Assembly: GCA_963924565.1 (NCBI GenBank)
Contig: OZ004613.1
Span: forward strand, 18,104,001 to 18,168,000
Origin: Ascidiella aspersa
Lineage: Eukaryota
Direction: 5' to 3'
DNA length: 64,000 bases
The notes beneath the pieces were generated by a model. That model ran no database searches and was not told where the DNA came from. It saw only the letters and a program-made list of their open reading frames with translations. A program made the translations under genes and the position numbers. The stretch's first letter is position 1, and each line of letters begins with the position of its first letter. Positions 12,001 through 27,000 of the stretch are shown here, piece after piece.

Positions 12001-15000
12001 ATAAAATCAAAACAGCGTGCAACCTTAACAAATGAATACCTGGGAGAATTATTTCGCACAGCTTTAACAACATATCGTCCAAATTTTCAGAGATTACCAA
12101 ATTTAACAAAAGACTGATCTTCATAAATATTCGGCGTGTTATGTTGTTATTACCGTTATTATTATTATATATTTATTACCGTTTTGTTACAATTCTGTTA
12201 TTATTGCTAAACTTACGGTTTTTGCATTGAAATAATTGTGAAGATCTGTGGTAGGCCTACTTGTATTTTCTGCAAATGGCTCTTCCATTGAATACATTTG
12301 CCCACTCCTGGCATAGCACCTTTAGGAATTTAACCTGTCAAACGTGCTTAGCAATAGGTCGGTTTTTCATTGTGATATGTTAATAATTCTGCTGTTAAGT
12401 ATAAGTCTTATAGCGTGGTTTTATAGTTTATTGCATAAAACTATTCCTTATATTAACAGAATATAGCAAGCATGGTCGCCATAGTTGTTTCTCGAATTGC
12501 TCCCCTTTGAGCCTGCCTTGCTAGCATCATTTATCGACAGATTCGGTTAGTCTGCGATTTTCAGTCTGCTATGATACTAAATAAAGCCGTTATAGTTGGT
12601 AAAAACACAACTTCAAAAATACGCAGTAATATGCACGACATAATAATATCTAAATCGTCTGAATAAGACATAAACCTGTCGGAGTAATTCCTAAAATTCA
12701 TAGAAATAAGGCCCAAATAGCTCAAATAACGCCTGAAACTGTAGAGGGTATGGGACGATCGGGGGCCATCGATCTGGCATCGGCTGTTTTGGTGTTGACA
12801 TTTGGGCGCTCTAGTTTGAACGGTGTCGTTAGAGCGCCACTGTTTTGGCACCGGATTGTTGGAACCTGTTTAGGTTAGTGATGGGTAATGGGTGGGGTTA
12901 GAAAATAGGTTAGGGATGAAATTATTAAGTGAGTTATTAATGGAGATAGTGGTGGGGGTTGTGGTTAGCCAAAATGTAGTTTAGGCCTTATTCTGGCCAT
13001 TTAGGTTTTATTCCGATATATTTAGGACTTATTCCGAATAATACGTTTTTACTATTCGGTATAAGTCCCATTTTAATTTTCTTCCGATTTTTTTTTATTC
13101 TGATTGATGTTGTTATTATTCCGTTGATGTTGTTATTATTTCAATCTAATGGCTGAAGTCAACGGTAAAAAAATTCGGCCGGAACGGCGTTTCGATAAAA
13201 ATAAGTTGTGCAAGTATATACACCGTACCGTTGCATATTTGTGCACTTTAATCGAGTGATTAACTCAGGTTTCCGAAGGTTAGGTTACATTTTTAGAAGC
13301 CCTGTTATAACGTAGTTTTATAACGTCATCTATTAAATTGTTATTTAGAATGGTTTATTCCAACCAAGTAAATATTGTAATAAAAACCCAGTGATTTCCG
13401 CAGGCATAGTAGGGATGACTGTTCGCCATATACGTGATCCTAAGTTTATTTTGTTCTAGGTTACGTGATTTTAATTGACTTTGTTTAATGAAAATTCGTG
13501 TTATATGATGCAGACATGATAGTGTCACGTTATAACTACGGCGATTATTTTTATACTTAAAAAATGTCAATTTTTTTTACAAAATGATCGAAAATTGCTT
13601 ACAAAATTACCAAAAAGCGTGTTGAGCTTTTTTTTTAAATAGTGAAGTTTAAAATGTTTTAAAACTTTAGTATTGAATTACATTTAATATAGTTTTACCC
13701 GTATTCTTCACTTGGTTAATATTCGCAAGCTTGCAGCGCGCAGGCTTGATTTGTCTCGTTAGAATAAACTCGTTTCAGATAGTTTCGTCTATAATTTGAC
13801 AAATGTATTGAACATTTTTTTGTGTATGTCTTTTCTCGGTGGTGATTTGAAATTATTCCATTTACTTTTTTCGATAATATGCTACGAGTCTTTGTATTTT
13901 TTTGCAACTCTTTTTACCTTGTATTTCAACTAAACTTACCAACGTGTTGTTTTTCTTTGTTTTTTTCTAGTTTTTTTTCATCTCTTGCTCTCTGCTAGTC
14001 GAAGAATATTGTGGTTCCATTTGGGAACGTTGTCACCACACTTACACAATTAATAAACACCTCAGGACATCAATGCGGACATCCGACAAATAGAACCCAC
14101 TACACAAAAAATAACAAAACAAAAAAACAACACAATACATCCAGACTAAAATCAAGAGGACCCTTCAATAAAATTGCCAAAAATCCAGTAAATGCAGACA
14201 CTAAATGAAAACATTAGGCCTACTGGCTGGATAATTGATCTTCAGAAGGAGAATTTATCAACGACCCGCCAATAATGCTACGTGGTTTTACCTCAAATAA
14301 TAGAAAACATTGGTTACCGCTAACAGAGTAAGATTACAAGTCGCAAAAACGGCGGAAACACTAACTTTACTTTTTTTCTCATAAGGCTATGGATGTCAAA
14401 TATTCGAAGGTTTTTGTCATATAGCTACCCTGATCTATATGCTTTAATATTCACCTACAAGTCGTTCCGAACAACGAGTATATGACTATTATTTTAAATT
14501 CTTCGTTTCGACTAAAAACACTAAATAGGCGGTGGACAAAGTAGGATTTTTTTTTAATTTTTAAGTTAAATTAGATCTAGAATCAAACCACAAAATTACT
14601 TCCCAATTAGTTTTTTTATGTCACATTTTGCTCTAATTTATTTGAATTAGACAAATAGAATTTAGTTGTCCTAGTCTCGAACCTCCATAAGTTAGGCATT
14701 AATCTTCAATCATTAAAACTTGTCTGTTATATTTTACATTTTTCAGAATTGATAGATTCACGAGGTTCACATCCTCTTCTGAACCTATTAGTAGGTAAAC
14801 TTATCTGGCCCATACTAAGCAATACTTGGACCGAAAATGATTACGATGAGGTCGCAACTTTGGCAATTCTCCATGGCAAATACAACAATCAAGTATTGGT
14901 AGACGTTTACTTAGAGAGTGATAAATCCGATAATAACGGTTATGTGATAAAGGTGGGACAAACATTCAGCCATTTACACCGATTTTGGCCCACGTTTATA

Positions 15001-18000
15001 TCTTGTGTTAAATAGATTGATCAAGCTCCTCTTTCAATGGATGATATGTATTACAGCAAACAAATTCACGAAAAGGTAGCATATTTTTGGTTAAATATTC
15101 TGTGCAAACATTGATAATTTAGTATGTCATAGAAAAGTTAATTGAGGTGGTAAGCTTTCCAAGTCCATCACGTTTAGGGATGTCCGATAATAATAGCGTA
15201 CCTGAGTCGATACCAAGCGGTAGTATCGGTAATTGTCTGCTAATAGGGTGGTATATGTGCCAATCCGATGCCAAATCGATTTAGAGTAGTTAGCCATTAT
15301 TTGCGATCCAAAACAGCGATTCCAACTAGAAAGTTAAAATAGGTAATTGGTTAACAATCGGAGGTACGTAAACTTTGTAAGGCAAATGCAAATTTCGGGC
15401 TGATAACCTGGAAAATCGCGTTCGAACCTTTCTATTTTATCCATATTGCTTGTTTGAGCATAACATAATACTGACGTATGTGGTATCTGATCGCGATACA
15501 TTTGTCAAAATATCCGGATAAAATGTCAAGTGACGGACATCCTTAATCACGAAAGTGGCCATCACGCAATCTTTTATATGAATGACTATTAGAAACAAAT
15601 TGTTTAACCTTTATGGTTCAATATTATTGCGAAAAGTTTATTACAATTGCATATTTTGTAACATTATAGCAATTTTATTTGGTCGCGAAAAGACCATTTC
15701 ACCGTTACTTGCTGCATCCTGTGCATCCTCTGTTCGTACATACAACCGTTTTGAAGGGGCTTTAATACCACTATTGTATTCAGCAACTCGATTTCTTTGT
15801 TTGGTTAGCCACTTATTAAAACTATGCGCGATAACAAATCACTGTAGCATCTGGTATTAGCATTTTAAGAAAGCCTGTATGCTAGTGAAACAAGTTCAAA
15901 GCGTCACGCCAGTCTTGACGTTTATGACGTTGTCCTGCTAGTGCAGTTGGGCTCGCAGTTAAAACACAAGCTGCATTAAAATCAATACGGTGGACTTAGG
16001 ATACAGTGACCTTTCATCCTCCACGATATGTGAAGCGTGTTCAAAGGTTGAACACAAACTAACTGTTAAACCACAGCTCTCAACAACGTCGTAAAACATA
16101 TGTTAGTTTGAGGTATGTATGTAATATGAAACCAATTTGTTTTAAAAGAGTGACCTACTTAGAACAAGGTGTTTGTCGATCGTGGAGCATAGGCTACAGT
16201 TAAGCAATCTGTTTAATTTTAGGGTTTCGTGTACCTTTGCTAGTTCCACCTCGCGTTTGATGCCCATTTAAAATTTCGTGCCTGATCTTTTAGGAGAGGG
16301 GGACGAACACGTGGCCCGCGAAAGAATTTTGTGTGGCCCGCGAAATATTCGGGTGAGACCACGGCAGTCTTGAAGTTTCTTTAACCCGCTTCTACTCTTT
16401 GTCGTGCGATATCAAAAGCTGATAGCCGGATTGAATAACGCGTAGGCTATATCATGTAGTATTAGTAGAAACTGTTGTGTAAATCCATACAGTAACCATC
16501 AATTCAGGATTTAACTGTTTATTCATTGTTGTGTCATAAAATATACTAATAATAATTTAACCCCATGAGCCTGTTGCTGCTTCAGTACAATGCAGTATTA
16601 ACTAGTTGAGTGTAATCTTAGCTTGCCTTCAGGCCCGTTTACACTACAGCTGCACTGAGCGGAGCTGAGCTGCACTGGGCGTGAAATTGTTTTCACTACA
16701 GCTGCAGTGAGCTGCGCTGGGCGTAAAAATCGCTCAAAAACGTAACGTTTTTCTATTGCTGCAATGGGCTTGAGTTTAGCAAAGCGTGGAAATCGCTCCA
16801 AAGCGTATTTTTTTCCAGCTGCACGGAGCGTGAGTTTAGCAAAGCGTAACTTTAAGCTAGCTGCAGCTGCTGCACGGGGCTTGAGTTTAGCAAAGCGTGA
16901 AACGCTCGCCACAATAAACTTTAAAGGCAAATTACGCTTTTCTCAGCTCAGTGCAGCTGTAGTATAAACGGGTCTTTGCAAGTAGTCAATACATAGGCTT
17001 GATTTTTTTACACGGTTTATAAGTTGTTATTCGTCATTCTGTTTTTTCAAGCAAAATTGCCGTTTATTTCGACATCTTCAGCATAGAAAAAAAAGATTGT
17101 AGATAAAAAAGGTTATTTCAAAAAGAACGGACAGACATGTTTTTCTTTATCGAGGAAACAGCAAAACCGTGCTGTTTAAAGTGCAAAAGGTCGCTAGCAG
17201 TTATGAAGAAAGAAAATTTAAAGCGTCACTACGAGACCAACCATCCTGACCTTAAAAACTTCGATAGAGAGAAAAGAAAACATAAAAAATGAAAATAGAT
17301 GAATTTAAGAAAGGTCTGTACGCACAACAAAATAACATGACTTCCTTTTGCAATACAAATGACGATGTGCTCGCTGTGAGGTGTGAGCTATGAATTATTG
17401 GAATTGATCGCCAAAAAGCTTAAGCAGTATGTAGTTGGGGCATGGGCTAAGGAACTACTTGTTAAAGCTGCTGAAAAGTTGGCTCCAAAGTCAGTTCATT
17501 TGTACCAGAAGCTGAGTTTGTCCCGGCCCACTATTTGTGAACGCATGAAAGAAATGGGTCAAGACATCGATGATAATCTCAATAAAAAGCTGAGGAATTT
17601 CTAAACTTCTCCGTCTGTCTCGATAAACAACGGACATCTAAAATACTGCACAGGTGGCAATATTTTTTCAAGGCATTACATCAGATTTTCAAATTATGAA
17701 AACTTGCTGTCTCTAGAATCATTGCACGAAACTACTCGCGGAGAAGATCTGCTTCAAGAACTCCTTCAAGCCCTAAACAGGTTCAATCTGCCGTTAGATA
17801 AGTTGTGTGGTGTTGCTACTGTTGGCGCACCAGCTTTGGTCGGAAAACATAGATGGATGGTATCCTTGTTGAAGAAGGAAATGGATGCAAGAGGAATTAG
17901 ACATGATAAGTTGGTATTTTTTACATTGTATTGGTCACCGGCAAAGCCTCTGAAGTTTGATCATGTAATATCGGTGGTTACAGGCGGTATTAACTTTATT

Positions 18001-21000
18001 AAAAAAAGAGACCTGAATAACCGCATATACAAGCAAGTTCTTCAAGACTTTGACGCTGATTATGATGGGACAAGTTGTGGGAATATGTTTGGACGCTTCA
18101 TTCTCTTTTGTTAGAAATTATCAAGTTTAGAAATTTGAAGAAATGTCCTTTAATTGAGCTTGAAGATAGAAACTGGTTGTACGACATAGGATTTATGGTA
18201 GATATCACAAAATATTTAAACGACTTGAACGTGTAACTTCAAGGACCAGATCAACTACTGCACTCGATGTTTTCCAAGATCAAATCTTTCTCGTCAATGC
18301 TGCGCCTCTGGGCAAATCAGTTAAAAGATAACGATTGCACTCATTTTCCCACGGTGAAAAAATACAATCCCAACTTCTTGTGCTCAATATGCTTTGGAAT
18401 ATCCCAGTCTCTTGGAAAGCTTTAATGCTAGATTTCAGGATATCAAAAACAAGCAGTTGGAACTTGACATCTTCTCTATCCCTATCAACGTTACACATGC
18501 TTCTGCATCCTCTGAGCTCCAAATCCAACTCATAAAAACGCTGAGTGCTATGTATTCAAACAAGCCGTTGCTTGAATTTTATCGCGTTTATGTATCAAAG
18601 GAATAGTTTCCAAACTTAGGAGCTAGCGCACTCAAATGGTCATCTGTTTTTGGCATTTATCTATGCAAACAATTTTTTTCTAAAATGAACATCACAAAAA
18701 GTCGTTACAGGTCAAGGCAAACAGACGAAAATCTTAGTATGCAGTTGAGAGTTGCCACATCGACAGTTCGTACTAATATCAAGCGATTAGTAAAGCAAAA
18801 ATTTCCAAATTTCTCATTGAGCAAAAAATTTCATCAAATGTTTATTCGTTATTTTTTTTTATTTCATATTTCAAAATTGCGTTGAATAATTTCAGCTGTA
18901 TGGTTCGCATGGGTTTTGATTATTTTCGTTTGATGAACAATTATTTATGATTTTAACAGGTTTTATAGTATGAGTAAAAAGTTGTGCGGCCCGCTTACTC
19001 AGCGGTAACTGACAAAGTGGCCCGCGACAGCAAATAGTTTCGTCACCCTTGATTTAGGAATTGCACCACACGTCTCGTTTATCAGATCGGCTTTAGCTGG
19101 TGGTATTTCATGTTGTAATGCACTAAATTCTGGATGACGCGATGTCTATCTCAATTTCACATGTACAGTTGTGAAATGTGACAAGGTCCATCTCCTCTCA
19201 GTGTGAAAAGTGACAAGATACCATCCCCTCTTTCGTTTCTCTGGACTATACTTACCAAGGTTGCTATGTCCCATCCTATAAGTTTTACCGAAAAAAGACG
19301 ATCGCTATGTTGTTATCAGCGATATAAAGTCTAGAATTCCGTGCTATAATCCAAGGCAATCGTATTGATTGTAATGCAGTAGAAGAATAGGCCTATGGGT
19401 GCCTATAATGTGCAGTTTTGAGGTGTGCGAAAGTTTGCTGAAGTGAGCTCGAAGTGTTGAAAAGTGTCAAAAAATGCCGAAGAAGTGTTGAAAAGTGTCC
19501 AAGGATGTCTTTTCCGTGTATCAAGCTGATTTAAAAAGTGTCACTTTCATACAGTGTGCAAATGTATATATGGTTAAGTATAGTAGTAAATGAATCGAAT
19601 GTGTAGCGCTGATCAGAGAGCAAACAATAAGCCGGTTTATATGCACCTTACGTGGCAGATTAGGTTCAAAAAAGTGGGTCAAAGTATTGCTATTTAATAA
19701 TATTGCTTAACCTACCCAAACGCACATCCTAACCCAAATAATGTTTGATGTGGTAGAATTCTAGACCAGCGCCTTCATTTTCCTTGCGATAAAAATACTA
19801 ACAATCACACTTAGATGTACTTTAGCAGCCTAACCAGTGCATTCGCTGTTCTCCCCTATCCAACACTAGCAACTACATTTCACTTTGGAAATACTTTACT
19901 TCATACTTTGATTTCGTAACTGTTAAAAATAGTTAAACAGCAACGCTCAATTTCGGCCGTCAGCGAAACGAACAGATTAAGCGGCTAATGGATTGAAAAC
20001 CACTCCTTTTGACGGATTGAGAAACGAGAGAACTTAATCCATTTCAGCGCCAAAACGAGAAAGAATAGATTAACGAAATTAAGCCCGTTTATATGCACGT
20101 TTAAGCCGGATTCGAATCTATTTCGTTAATTCATTCTCTCTCGTTTTGGCGCTGGAATAAATTAAGTTCTCTCGTTTCTTAATCAGCCAAAAGGAGTGGT
20201 TTTCAATCCGTTCGCCGCTTAATCTGTTCGTTTAGCTGACGGCCTAAATTGTTTAATGCAGAATGACCTGCTTAAACGCAGTAAACATCACGCCACTTTT
20301 GGGACATTATGACGTAACACGAACGGCTAGTCGTAAACAAAACAACAAGTTTAGCGCACGAGGAAAGAGGCGCTGGTCAAGAATACACAAAATCGAACAT
20401 TATTTGGGTTAGGATGCGGATTTGGGTAGGTTTTCAAAGCACACCTAAGCTTAACTTTCCTGCACTTACATTCTGTGTGTTAGGTAAACCGAAGCACTAT
20501 ACAGTCAAAAACGTACTTTATCGGCAAATCTAACTCAAGTAATTCTTTTCTTTTTCAATTTTAGGTTAATAAAAACAAATAAGCAGCAATAGATTGCTAC
20601 CACAAGGAGTAGCCTAAGCCAAAAAAATAGGCTGTGCGTCAGAGGTTTACTGGAATATTACGTAATAATGCATATCAGTGCAGTTTGTACACTCAAGCTG
20701 GCTGGAATTTCGCGCCATGTAATTACGACGCTGGAACGGATTACTTTTCAATCCGGATTGAACCTTAATCTAATCTGCCCGCGAAAAGTGCATATAAACG
20801 GGCTTAATATGATTCGAATCCGGCTTAAACGTGCAATATACGGGTTTTTTGTTTCCCTATTAACGCTTGGATAATAATATGTTTTGCTGTTTTCCTTTTA
20901 ACGTGGGTAATCGGTTTCGTTCGTTTATAGCTAAACGTATTGGTGCATTTCAATTTAATAATGACTTAAGTTATTTGGAAATCTTCCTATAATTTGAATA

Positions 21001-24000
21001 GGTTTTAAGGGTTATTGTAAAACACCATTTTGTAAAACTTGTTATCGACCGAGGATTAATAAGACCAAGGCCACAAAGATAGTATGGTTTTACTCTAAAT
21101 GGCAGGACTCTACAAACAAATGAAAGAAGCATCTCACCTGGTCGATCATGGGTCGGATTCCTAAAATAGCTTCCTTAAGCAATATTCATATAAATAGAAC
21201 GAACATTAGTCCATACAATTTGATAAATTCAAGCAGCACAAGTAGTGTAGTTTTAGTGTACTTAGAAATTGGTTTATTTCTAAAATCGTTAAGGACAGTG
21301 CTGGGATTCAGCCGGTTCGCACCGGTTCTATAGCAGGGTTTCCCAAATTTTGGTCCGCGGATCATTGGTGGTCCGTGGCGATATGACAATAAATTAAAAA
21401 GTTGCACATATAGGCCTACGGTGTACAGCAGGGTTCGATAATCTACGGCCCGCGAATGTAATTTCTTCGACCCGCAGTCTCTCGACAAATTAGACACGAG
21501 TCCATTTCTTATACTTTTTGACTATTTTAACTATGTAAGTGCGAAAATTTTTCGCGCTTTGCGTTAACAATCTTTATAAATCAGGTTTGTTTACGTTATG
21601 ATGCTGTCATTTGAACTAGATTAGCGCTTCTTGCCTTGTGGAAGACTGACTGCCAAGTGTCAAAGTGCGTCGCGTACAAACGGAAAACGTATTCAAAAAT
21701 ATTGGACATACATTTTTAATTTTTATTTTTGAAATGTAATAATAGCTTGCAATAATTAAAAAGAAATGCCGGTATACCCTCCAAAAATATCCCGCTCGGA
21801 TCGCTCGCCAGCTGCGCCCGGGCTTAAATAGTTTAACAAACACTGAACTAGATTAACCATTAAGGTTTTTATCGCGTTTTCTCAAAGTGGTTTTATTACA
21901 CTTTTCAATATGAATAACGACGTGTGGACTCGAATTTTAAACCAAACAAACGCTTTTTGTCCCGCTTTGCCTCAACACTTTACTGCCTCCTTAAAAGTAA
22001 CTAAACACGTTTTAAGTGCAAAAACATATCCGAAGCCCGCACGATTTACAGTTGTTCTAACATTTCAATAACATAATTCTTAATTAACATTTTGTACGAC
22101 CTTTCTGAGTTCCGTTTTAGTCCGTTTCTGTGTTCGGTTTTTAGTCCTTTTGCTATCCAGTATCGTAAATCTTATTTGTAGCACTTTGAATTGATGATGA
22201 ATAGATGATTAAGCAGAGGAAGCAATCCCCTTCGTCCCATTGATTTTGTCAGTTTTGTAAATATATAAACTTTGGTTTTATTTATTTTTTGCTTTGTATT
22301 GCGGTCCGCAAAAAAACAGATTTACAAATAGTGGTCCGTGGTCCAAAAAAGTTTGGGAAACCCTGTTCTTATAGAACCGTCTCACAAATTTTTATGAGAT
22401 CAGCGAACCGGTTGGCATTAGCCTACTGGTTACTGTCAATGAATTTTTACATCTTATCTGATAAACCGATTTTTGAGATCCAAGTAGCTCACGTGTTTTT
22501 TGTTTTTTTTTGTCAAAATTTGCAATGGTCAAGTTCGCACATACAGTTATACATTGTGTAAATATAGTAATTTTCTTTTTGTAATAGTTTGTCTGAAAAT
22601 TGATTTGTTGCGTCATAAGTACTAATCATTAGACGACTGTTGCTTTTAGTGTGGTTGTTAGCTGTGATGGGAATTGGGATTCAATCGGTTAGATTTAACT
22701 TCGTAACTCAAATTTCTGCCGTATATATCAAAATAATCCCGAAGTTTATTTGCCGAAAATGTGACTTTTTGCAAAAAAACTGGCTGAAAAATATTGCTTT
22801 TGTGATAGAACCGGATGACAAAAAATTGAATCCCACCACTGGTTATGGATGTTGATGCACTAGAAAAAAGTCCGTTAATTCCATATGGATCGTTAAAAAT
22901 TGACTGCCGCTGCTTCTCTGCTTATGCATCTAGATTTAAATTTGTTTTTAAAATTCAGTTTACTTAAGTTGTAGGCAGTGACGTGCGGCGAGGTTCCTAA
23001 GTCACGTTTACAATAATTTTTCTTTAACATCCCGCATGCTTTCACATTTGTTTGAACATTGGAATTAGAGACAGGGAAAGCAGAAAAGGCAATTTTTTTT
23101 AAGCACAGCCACACAGCCACTCCTTTTTTCAGTACCGCTGCCAATCTCTTGCGAGTTATTTTTTTGACGAGTTATATTTTTTGTCCAGTCGTCTGATGCA
23201 AACCTTTCATATCTGGAACAGGTCTGCCTTTATTTATGACTTAAACTTTAGATCAAAGGTCTATTTTCAAAAAATCTCGCAGCTTAGAAACTAAACTTTC
23301 CCACAGTTTAGTTAAATTTTATAAAACAAACAATCCATTACACCAGGGGTCGGCAACCTACGGCCCGCCAATGTAATTCATTCGGCACTTTTTTTTTACT
23401 AGAAAGCGATTTAAATCCATCGAATTATACGTAGATTGCTAAGCAATTTACGTCATTATTAAATTTAAAAATAGCAAAACATTTAAAAATGAACCAACAA
23501 GGCCGAATGTCAACTTTTATAGGGAAACAGCAACACCAATTAATATTTACGTCAATGGAGAAAACCACCTGCGTTAATAGGGAAACAGTGTTTCCTCTCT
23601 GATCGGCGCTATATACGCATCCAAGGACGTAACGGATATCAATCGATGCATTTGCAACTATATACTTAATCATTTATAGATTTGCACAAAATAGGAAATT
23701 TGCCCTTTGTTAGAGCTGCACCGTATACGGAAAATACAAATTTCGTGATTTTCAGATATTTTTCCGCAGTTTAAAAAAAAACATTGTTTTGACCTAAACG
23801 GGAGTCACTTTGATGTCTCTTCAGCAAACTTCCGCACACTTCAAATTCTACACACTTTAAGCACCGTATACACTACTTCCAGCCTCTGTATCATGCGAGC
23901 CTGACTAAAACATGAGACATTTTTGGGAATAGACATACATTCTCAGCATGACAACACAATGAACGTCAAAACCTACGTTTTACAGGCATAAAGTTGCTTG

Positions 24001-27000
24001 TTTTAGGCGCCCCGCTATGACGTAACTTTGTGACGTCATCTCTGGAAATTTTGAAGCTTGTTATCGCGCAAATCTTCGTGTTTTACGTGCGTCCTTTTCA
24101 TATATTTTCCTTTGTGTTTATCTCGTATTTGTGCCGTTCGTTCAATGTTCTGTAACCCAGAGTACGTTTATATGTTATGTTTTATGTTTTAGCAACGACA
24201 AGCTTTAAAATCATTGATGGTAGAAACTGCATGCATGATTCTGCTAGAGATTACAGATACAAAGAGTAATTGCACATCATCCTACCAAGACATGAGCGAT
24301 GCTTTTGACTTTGAAATTGAACTAGCAGACATTAAGGTTTGGTAACTGAACATCTTGCAACTTATTCATAACATATGATTGAATTATACCGATTTAAAAG
24401 TGATGTTTAGCTATTCATTGTTTGAAATAGGAAACAATCCATAGATTTTATGAACACATCTTTGCTACGGTACATTGCACTTGTATAATGCAGTGCCTTA
24501 TACCAATCTGATTTATACGAATTGATTACAATTTGTTACTATTTATCTTTATATTGTGGGGGAGTTACGTGTCAACAAAACTTCTGGTACTCGGCTGTTA
24601 ATTTTAGCATTTTATTGCGATTTTTGCTTGGACTCAACTTGATTTTGTTGTACTTCCCCTCCTCACACCCTAAAATTGCAACCTTAACAGAATACGCCCT
24701 TACTGGGTTTAAACAACCAATAATTAAAATTCAGTTTAAACTTATTGTTATTGAACGATTTAATGACGTCATCGTTTAAATATCAAGAAGGCACAAACAA
24801 GTCCTTTGCATGTTAGACCCATCATGCCTAGCGATTGTTCTTCGCCATGTCGCTTTAGTTCTTCCGGGTTTTCTTTTAACAGGTAAGTACATAATAATCC
24901 GATTTTAAAGATAAAATAAGTGTTTTTTAGGATATAAAAAAACATATTGCTACTTTTGTAATCCTATGTTGTTTCACGTTTTTTGTAGTTTGTGACTAGA
25001 CTAGAATATCCGACAGATCTCTAACTTAGACACCCATTGTGATTGTGACACGCGTTTAATTTGTTCGTATCGGTTGACCTCGATTGACTTTCAGATATCG
25101 TAATAACGTACAAATGCCGATCTACCCTTTGTAAGTCTTCTTGTCTTTGTGAACAGCAGGGGTTCTTAAACTGTTTTGGTCGCCCCTTCTTTGTTGAAAC
25201 TCGCGCCCCACTCCTCGAATAATGTTTCGTAGCCACAAAACCCATATGCTTTCAATATTATATTTATTCTATATAGAATAATCTACTTCATACAGGCAGT
25301 GTTCTTAGATTAATAAAAACATCGCAGGGACAGGGAAAGACGTTCTTAAAATGCAAAACTGCCATTTTAACAAAACTTTGTTTTGGTATCTGTGATTTTA
25401 GCTTAATATGTGTTTGGCAATTTAACAATAGTATCCTTTTTTTCACTTGGCCTGGGAAAACTATAAAAAAAAGTCTTTTCCATCTGAATTGTGTTATTTG
25501 GGGTGTGCATATCCACCCAAAACAGTTCCATCTAAACTTAGAGTCGCCATTTTGAACTTTTTTAATGCTGCCAGGGTCTTTATAAGTCAATTTAAAGAGG
25601 CCGTGTAACCTATGGTTTCAAATTCTCAAAATTGTTAGCCAGTTTATTTTGTTTCCTCTGTAATGACTTCCAGTAGTGGTAAAAAATTGAAAACAAACAC
25701 CAATGTGTGGCGTTTGATGTAACAAATCAGTTAGTTGTTTATTCAATCGTACTAGTGCACTGGTCGGCAAAATAATTTTGTCGCGGCCCGAAGTGCTCTT
25801 TTCCGAGCTATTGAAGGTCCACTACATAAAACCACTAGAAAACAGGGACAGATCCAGAATATTTCTTTTGAGTTGGAGTGACGTCACAAAGTCATAAAAC
25901 AGTTGTTTTTGGAAACACTTTTTGTTCCCATAGTTAAAGTTGGTAAAAGCACTCTCAGGGCCACATTTGACCCGCGGGCCTGAGGCACGCTGAGACAATA
26001 TAATTATTAGCCCAATAATCCTTTAAAAAACAGTGCAATCAATTTACGGCTATTACGCGGCCCACAACTACAAGACAACACTAAACTATTCAAAAAAGCT
26101 TGCGGCCTTCCTCTCTCCGGCCCACAGTTTGCCGAACACTGCACTAGTCGTTGAACTATTGTCTGATCTTTTCAGCATAGTTGAAATCATTCAATTGAAA
26201 CAATAATTTTATTAGCTTTTTTAATTGTCTTGTTTGAAACATAGTTTGACACTGCATACGGTTAATTAACTGGAAAGTTAGCTTTTACTTAAGCGTTTTG
26301 ATGGTTGTTTGAATTTTGTAATAACTATTGCATCTAAACTATATGTAGTAAGGGCATTTCATGAAATATTTCACAAATCTGTTAACTAAATTGTTACCAA
26401 TAAATTTCTTCACCGATATGTTTGTAAATGTGTGTAATGCATTGTTTTAAAATTTTGACGTTCAAGTCTTGTGGGAAACCCAGAAAAATGTGCTAAATTT
26501 CGAGAATTAAAAAAAATCTAAATTTTTGAAAGAAAAAAATCTTAATCGCCCTTAAGTAACTTAGGAGGGGTTAAATAATGTATTTCATGATCGTTCATTG
26601 ATTGTTAACATTTATATTTTACTACAGACTCTTCTGTGTGGAAAAATATCAATACGTTATATAATAAATAGTCTAGCAAGATGATGAAGACGTTACTTCG
26701 CCTGTGCTCATTTGCTTCATCTGTGCACGCTCGGATACACCAGCTGAAAGGCTCATACAGGCCACTCCAAAGGGATACTCAACTTTATTGCAACAAGCAA
26801 AAACTGTCGGAAATGCTAATGTTGTGGAACGTATGAAGGAGGCTAAAAAGGAAGGAAAACTGAGGTACCACCAGAAATGTAAACATGATCTGTACAACAA
26901 CTTTGCTGCAACCACCAAGAAGTCAGCTCCAACATCAAAGGCAAACAAAAAGTCATCAAAGTTTAAGAGAAGGCGTATTAGGCCTACTTGTCAGTCCAGT

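Noticed and set aside
12870-12970. Telomere-like GGTTAG(GG) motifs
   Set aside because: Scattered motifs internal to the 21-bp-repeat MITE family, not a telomeric array.
13700-14210. Possible LINE fragments
   Set aside because: Compositionally suggestive, but no diagnostic motif could be read with confidence.
16598-16967. ORFs with RFAKL/SLAKR repeats, and spaced 16-bp repeats resembling CRISPR
   Set aside because: Internal repeats of a TIR-bounded MITE; the intervening sequences are themselves related.
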